A DNA stretch of 63,986 nt, counting the filler. It is 5 parts of 5 records of this genome, joined end to end, with 100 filler letters (N's around TTAATTAATTAA, not from the genome) between each part and the next. Parts side by side here need not be neighbours in the genome. Positions count along the whole stretch, not along the records: positions 54,677 to 63,986 come from SRR2962707_3596; 4 more parts are not named here. One strand, written 5' to 3'. Made by a program: the position numbers and the translations under genes. Shown here piece after piece: positions 59,861 through 63,986 of the stretch; positions within the stretch are counted from its first letter, which is position 1, and every line of letters starts with the position of its first letter. Under the pieces are notes generated by a model. The model was not told the DNA's origin and made no database searches. It saw only the letters and a list, made by a program, of their open reading frames with translations.

Positions 59861-62800
59861 CTAAAAATTTGCCTCTAAAGGTGACTGACAAGAACCAGAG
59901 CAACCATTCCCAATCCAAAGGGGATGCGCCTCGGTGTTGAAAACAAACACGTCCAAGTCCTTTTGGGTATACTTGGCGTGTAAGGAAGAACTCATTTGTT
60001 CACTGGCAGGAGCAGCACCAACGTCAACGCTGGACCGTGCCTTCAAGTAGCTGTATCGTGCCCGGGTATGCTGTGATATTAAACATACACATGCAGATGA
60101 AATACAGTTTCGGAAAGAAGTTGGCAAAGAAAGGCAAGCAACAAGATTCCTCACAGTCAACGAGGCTCAAATAACCATACCTGCAAGGTGAAGTCGGGCA
60201 TAAACAGTAGGTAAAGGTACTTGAATGTCTCCGCCAACGCGTAGGATTCCATACGATCGTCCGGCCTGGCACAATCATTTGCACACACACTTCTTGTTAC
60301 CAAAATTCAGCTCTACAGGTGGGCCATGCGGCCCCAATAGTTCAACATCACGACGAAGCCGTACCCAACGCAGCAGTTTCTGGCGGCGTTATCCACATCT
60401 GGGTGCCTGGGAATTAAAAAATGGTTTGCTGAGCAGATGTCTCAAACATGAATGCTCAGCTGACGACAGAAAGGACAAGAAAGCAAAGGTCGGAACACCA
60501 CGCACGCGCCAAAGCCATATGTTGTCCGGCAGTGCTTTTCAAATGCTTGATAGATTTTCCAGCCCCAGTCCTGCCACAACAACAAGTAAGGGTCGTAAGT
60601 TTACTACCATTCAGTGCACTGACTGAAACGTTCGAGTGCAGTGATCGTACCTGGTACTTGGTGTCACCAGTGAGATGAAAAGCCACGTACAAGCTCTCAA
60701 CTACTTCAGGTCGCATAGTGCTCCAGGGCATTGCCTTTGACACAGAAAAGTCCTTGCCTCCGCCAAGTCCCACTGCACTACGCAGACTCCTCGATTGCGA
60801 AAATTGCACTTGCTCTGGCCCAATGCCAGTTGCTGTTTGGTCGTACCTGTGGGAAATCACCGTTTGCATGGGACTACCTGGGTGCATTTTAGCAGTGTCT
60901 TTGGCGAGGAACAGCTGCAGAAAAAGTACGCACATTTGCCAACAAGTGAACATCAAATCTTCTGCAAGCTGAGTACATTGTGCTGCTTCAAACGTTTCTG
61001 AAAGTGTTGGTGGAATGCTATTGTGTGCTGCGAGCCACAATGCGCCGGGGAGAAAACAAGAAAGGTGTTCCATATCACTTCCATGATTTGTCCCAGCAAT
61101 GTATCTTTGCGCGTGACAACAATTGAAACATCGGCATCACATTATGAGCCCGATTGTAAATGGCAGTCCGTATTGCGTGAAACATGCCCTCGTAAATGTC
61201 AAACTTGGAGTAAATACTACACTGGCAAGGATGGTGGGAAAGCAGGTTCCTTCACTACTAACCGGAGTTTCTTGGGACCAGTTCCTTGATGAACAAGTGT
61301 TTGCTCTGCCTCAATAATTGCGCGGAGAAATGCGCGTAACAGTGCTGGTTCCTTCTCAGCGCCTTGAACCCACCCCTTTGCAAGGTACCTGTTCGAATTC
61401 AAATAGCCAGTGAGTGAGCATTGCAACACCAACAAAATTGAAATCTCACTGCAGCCACGACAAGGACATTTGGGACAAACTCAACACAACGAACATACTC
61501 ATAGAAAGAGTCGGCGGCACCACCCATGGTGGTATGACCAGATATACGGCCACTTTTGGCGTCAACGTCTACGCCAACGAGCGCGTGCTTGTCAAGCTCA
61601 CTAAGGATCCGTTCCCAGCCATCATGGGCCATGTCAGAGAACGAGGCATCATTTGATGCCTTGGCAAGGTACCTACAGCAAGTACATCACGCACAATCAC
61701 GGACAGCGTAGTGCTTGTCCATGCAGAGGAAGGTCTTAAAAAAATGATTGCCAGTCCCAAACCGCACCGCAGTTCAAGCTGACAAGAACCAACTTCAGCA
61801 AGTGAAGTCTTCGGCGTCAACGCTGTACCAGCCGATAAATCAACGTAGCGAGTTGCAAATGCACTTCCAGGGGCCCTTGCTTTCAGCAAACGTTTGGCAA
61901 GGTCTTGTGCCTTGGCAAGTAACACCTCTTCAAGCTCTCCGCTCAGCGAGAAAGCACCAAGCAAGCCACCCAGCGCACGGATTGTGGTTTCAAAAAATGA
62001 TACCTGTGAAGCAGGGTTCCGACTTCAACTCAACTAAAGAGTTTAGTACGGCCAACGTATCGCAATCATCTGGCAGAAAACCGTGACCAAACTCACAAAC
62101 CTTGCCAACACGTCCAAAATCCAGGTTTTCGGTTATCCACGCCACAGATGCCGCGTACTCATCATCCAGCCCCATCACCATGCACGTATCGAGTGCGTCT
62201 AAGATCATCATTCCCATGCCGCCCCAGACCGTGGCTTTTCCAACTCCTGACTGCGGCTTGAACTCGTCAGCGCCCCACGCATGTGCGCGGTACCCGCCAA
62301 AGGCATGGCGAAAGCCGTCTCTGACTGCCTTGGCACGCTCGTCATCAATTGGCATTGGTGGTATATGAGCTGAAGGTTTGGGTTTTGCTGCAGGGCTGAC
62401 CGCTGATATACCAGATGCCTGGCTATTTTGGCCAGCGGCATTATGCCTGCTTGGACGCCGGATTTTCCCTCCCTCGTTACCTCTTTGCCCATCGGAGCTC
62501 GACGACTCGAGGACTTCGATGTCAAAATAGAGGTTGCTATTCGCCGGAATATACCATGCCCCTCCCTTGCTACCCTGAGCCGATGCACCGTATCCCAGCT
62601 TGGATGGCACGTGCAACCCGGCCCGCTCACCTTCATGCATTTTCAGCACACCCAATGTCCAACCTTCAATCAACCCTTTGCCTGGAATAAATCTGAACGG
62701 TTTTCCATCTCCGCCATGTATTTTCCGTGTTGACCAGCCCGCAGGCGTCAGCGCACCGCCAAGTGCTTCAATATACAACGTGACGTGAGCATCATAAGCA

Positions 62801-63333
62801 GTGCCGCGGACAACCATTGGGTTCGTAGGAGCTGACTTTAAGATATCAACCGTAACTTCATTTCCCTCTGAGGCCGCGGCAGCAACAATAGCAGGAGTTG
62901 TGGTCGGAATGACGTGGCTGTTGCTTCGCCCCAAGGCGGTACCCGAGGACTTTTCACCGTCAGCAGCAGCTGCATCAACATTTTGGCGATCAGTATTGAA
63001 GCCTTCTCCTCCTCTTGTCTCCTTCTGTGACTGAAGCGCCGTCGCTGCTCGGTCCACAACAGCCAGCAGGCCTGCCATCTGTTGGAACTCTTCTGAAGAA
63101 ATCTCTCCACGCGCGAGGCGGAACTTGAGGAGCAATAGTGGGTCCCGACTTGCTTGTTGCTCTGAATATGCAAGCTGCTCCTTCGTGGCGTCAAGTGCAG
63201 CTCCAGCAGACCCTGGAGAGTGAACGGACACAACATCGGGGTGCGACGACGAATAGACAAGAAAAAGGCTCACACCGCACAAGTACAGCCCAATTAGCAC
63301 GAAAAAGTATGTTTTGTACGAAGGTGCGCACAT
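59861..63333 (-). CDS. Class I alpha-1,2-mannosidase (GH47), type II membrane protein with SHOCT-like and FKBP-type PPIase domains in the stem; multi-exon
   Basis: N-terminal TM; HAFGGYRAHAWGADE, ILDALDT, FETTIRALGGLL, LAEVGSCQLE, GGAADSFYEY, MEHLSCF, TGIGPE, RPEVVES, FNTEAHPL; FKBP motifs inside exon 1 (63333-62101). Confidence 0.88.
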
Positions 63334-63957
63334 TGTCCCACGGAGGCAGAAGAAGCAGAAGCAGCAGCAGGAGAAGTAGAAAGAAAAATGAAACGCTTGC
63401 GCCAGATCAACAGACTGGTAAGATCTGCAAATAAAAGAATCTTGCACTTTTGCTTCCAGTCCGTCCACCAGCAAGCCGGCAGTGAGTGCTACCGGGTCTT
63501 CACGGAGCAACAAACAAGGTGGTTGACGCTCGTCGTTGGGTGGCCGCTCTCTCTTTTTATTGTGGAATACGAGAGTTGTGTTCTTTAACTCCGTCGCCAC
63601 ATCGTGCTAGCGGGTCTACTAAGTATGTAGGGAGCAGGATAAATTTCCAATCGATGGCCTTCCTTCTTCAGTTGCCGTCCCACTCCTCCTCCAATGAGTG
63701 ATCAGCCTCACAGTGGTCCCAAAGGAACGAAAGCTGTCAAAAGTGAAGCTGGCCCAAATAAATCAGAAATTGGTCGACAGCACAACCTGTCCCAAGCCCC
63801 AAACACGCGATCCACAGCTCGCCCCGAAACTGACTGACAAAATGTTTAAGAAAAGTTGGCCAAGAATTGGTCGGCATGTCGGCGTACAGCAACCAGGCGA
63901 CCAATCAACAAAGTGAGACCAGCAGAAGAACCAGCCAACCTCCTCACTTGTTGCTGG

Positions 63958-63986
63958 TTGTTGTTCCTGTTGTTCCTGTTGTTCCT
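63958..63986 (+). repeat. (TGTTGTTCC)n 9-mer tandem repeat at window end
   Basis: TTGTTGTTCCTGTTGTTCCTGTTGTTCCT. Confidence 0.8.

Noticed and set aside
63334-63600. 89-aa upstream extension of the GH47 ORF
   Set aside because: Pyrimidine-rich, UTR- or intron-like; Met 63333 directly precedes the type II TM anchor
1-63986. tRNA, rRNA, CRISPR arrays, transposases, integrases, phage or defence genes
   Set aside because: None recognisable by eye in any contig

Overview
The window is not one locus. It is five unrelated contigs joined by 100-bp N spacers, each containing a TTAATTAATTAA linker (gaps 10044-10143, 30539-30638, 44288-44387, 54577-54676). Contig 1 (1-10043, GC-rich alphaproteobacterium, Devosia/Pelagibacterium-like by gene content) is core genome: ygfZ 3' end, HD hydrolase, secreted hypothetical protein, SleB-type cell wall hydrolase, a PPDK-like protein with an eroded ATP-grasp domain, ispH, rnhA, DUF808 and glyS. 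Contig 2 (10144-30538, alphaproteobacterium) is a glycan-catabolism island: TRAP DctP, DapA-family aldolase, GntR, GH78, GH38, DUF1593, two intact and one relic DUF5060/DUF4038/DUF5605 proteins, an Opp-type ABC transporter, DeoR and a split transketolase N-subunit, which suggests apiose/pectin use. Contig 3 (30639-44287, Parvibaculum-like alphaproteobacterium) holds an amidohydrolase, TauD dioxygenase, hydrolases, a histone H1-like protein, speD-speE with a long structured leader, rraA, a BVMO, an MmyB-like regulator and the aceA 3' end. Contigs 4 and 5 are an intron-containing, flagellated eukaryote: cytosolic GluRS with an N-terminal WHEP-like domain, a CFAP46-like gene, a Cache/beta-propeller/CCP single-pass TKL receptor kinase, and a GH47 mannosidase carrying SHOCT and FKBP domains. 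The most notable items are the Cache-domain receptor kinase, the FKBP-GH47 fusion, an orphan triple Pho box ahead of a hairpin RNA candidate, the speD leader with a uORF, and the ATP-grasp-less PPDK. All family calls come from motif recognition by eye; no database searches were run.
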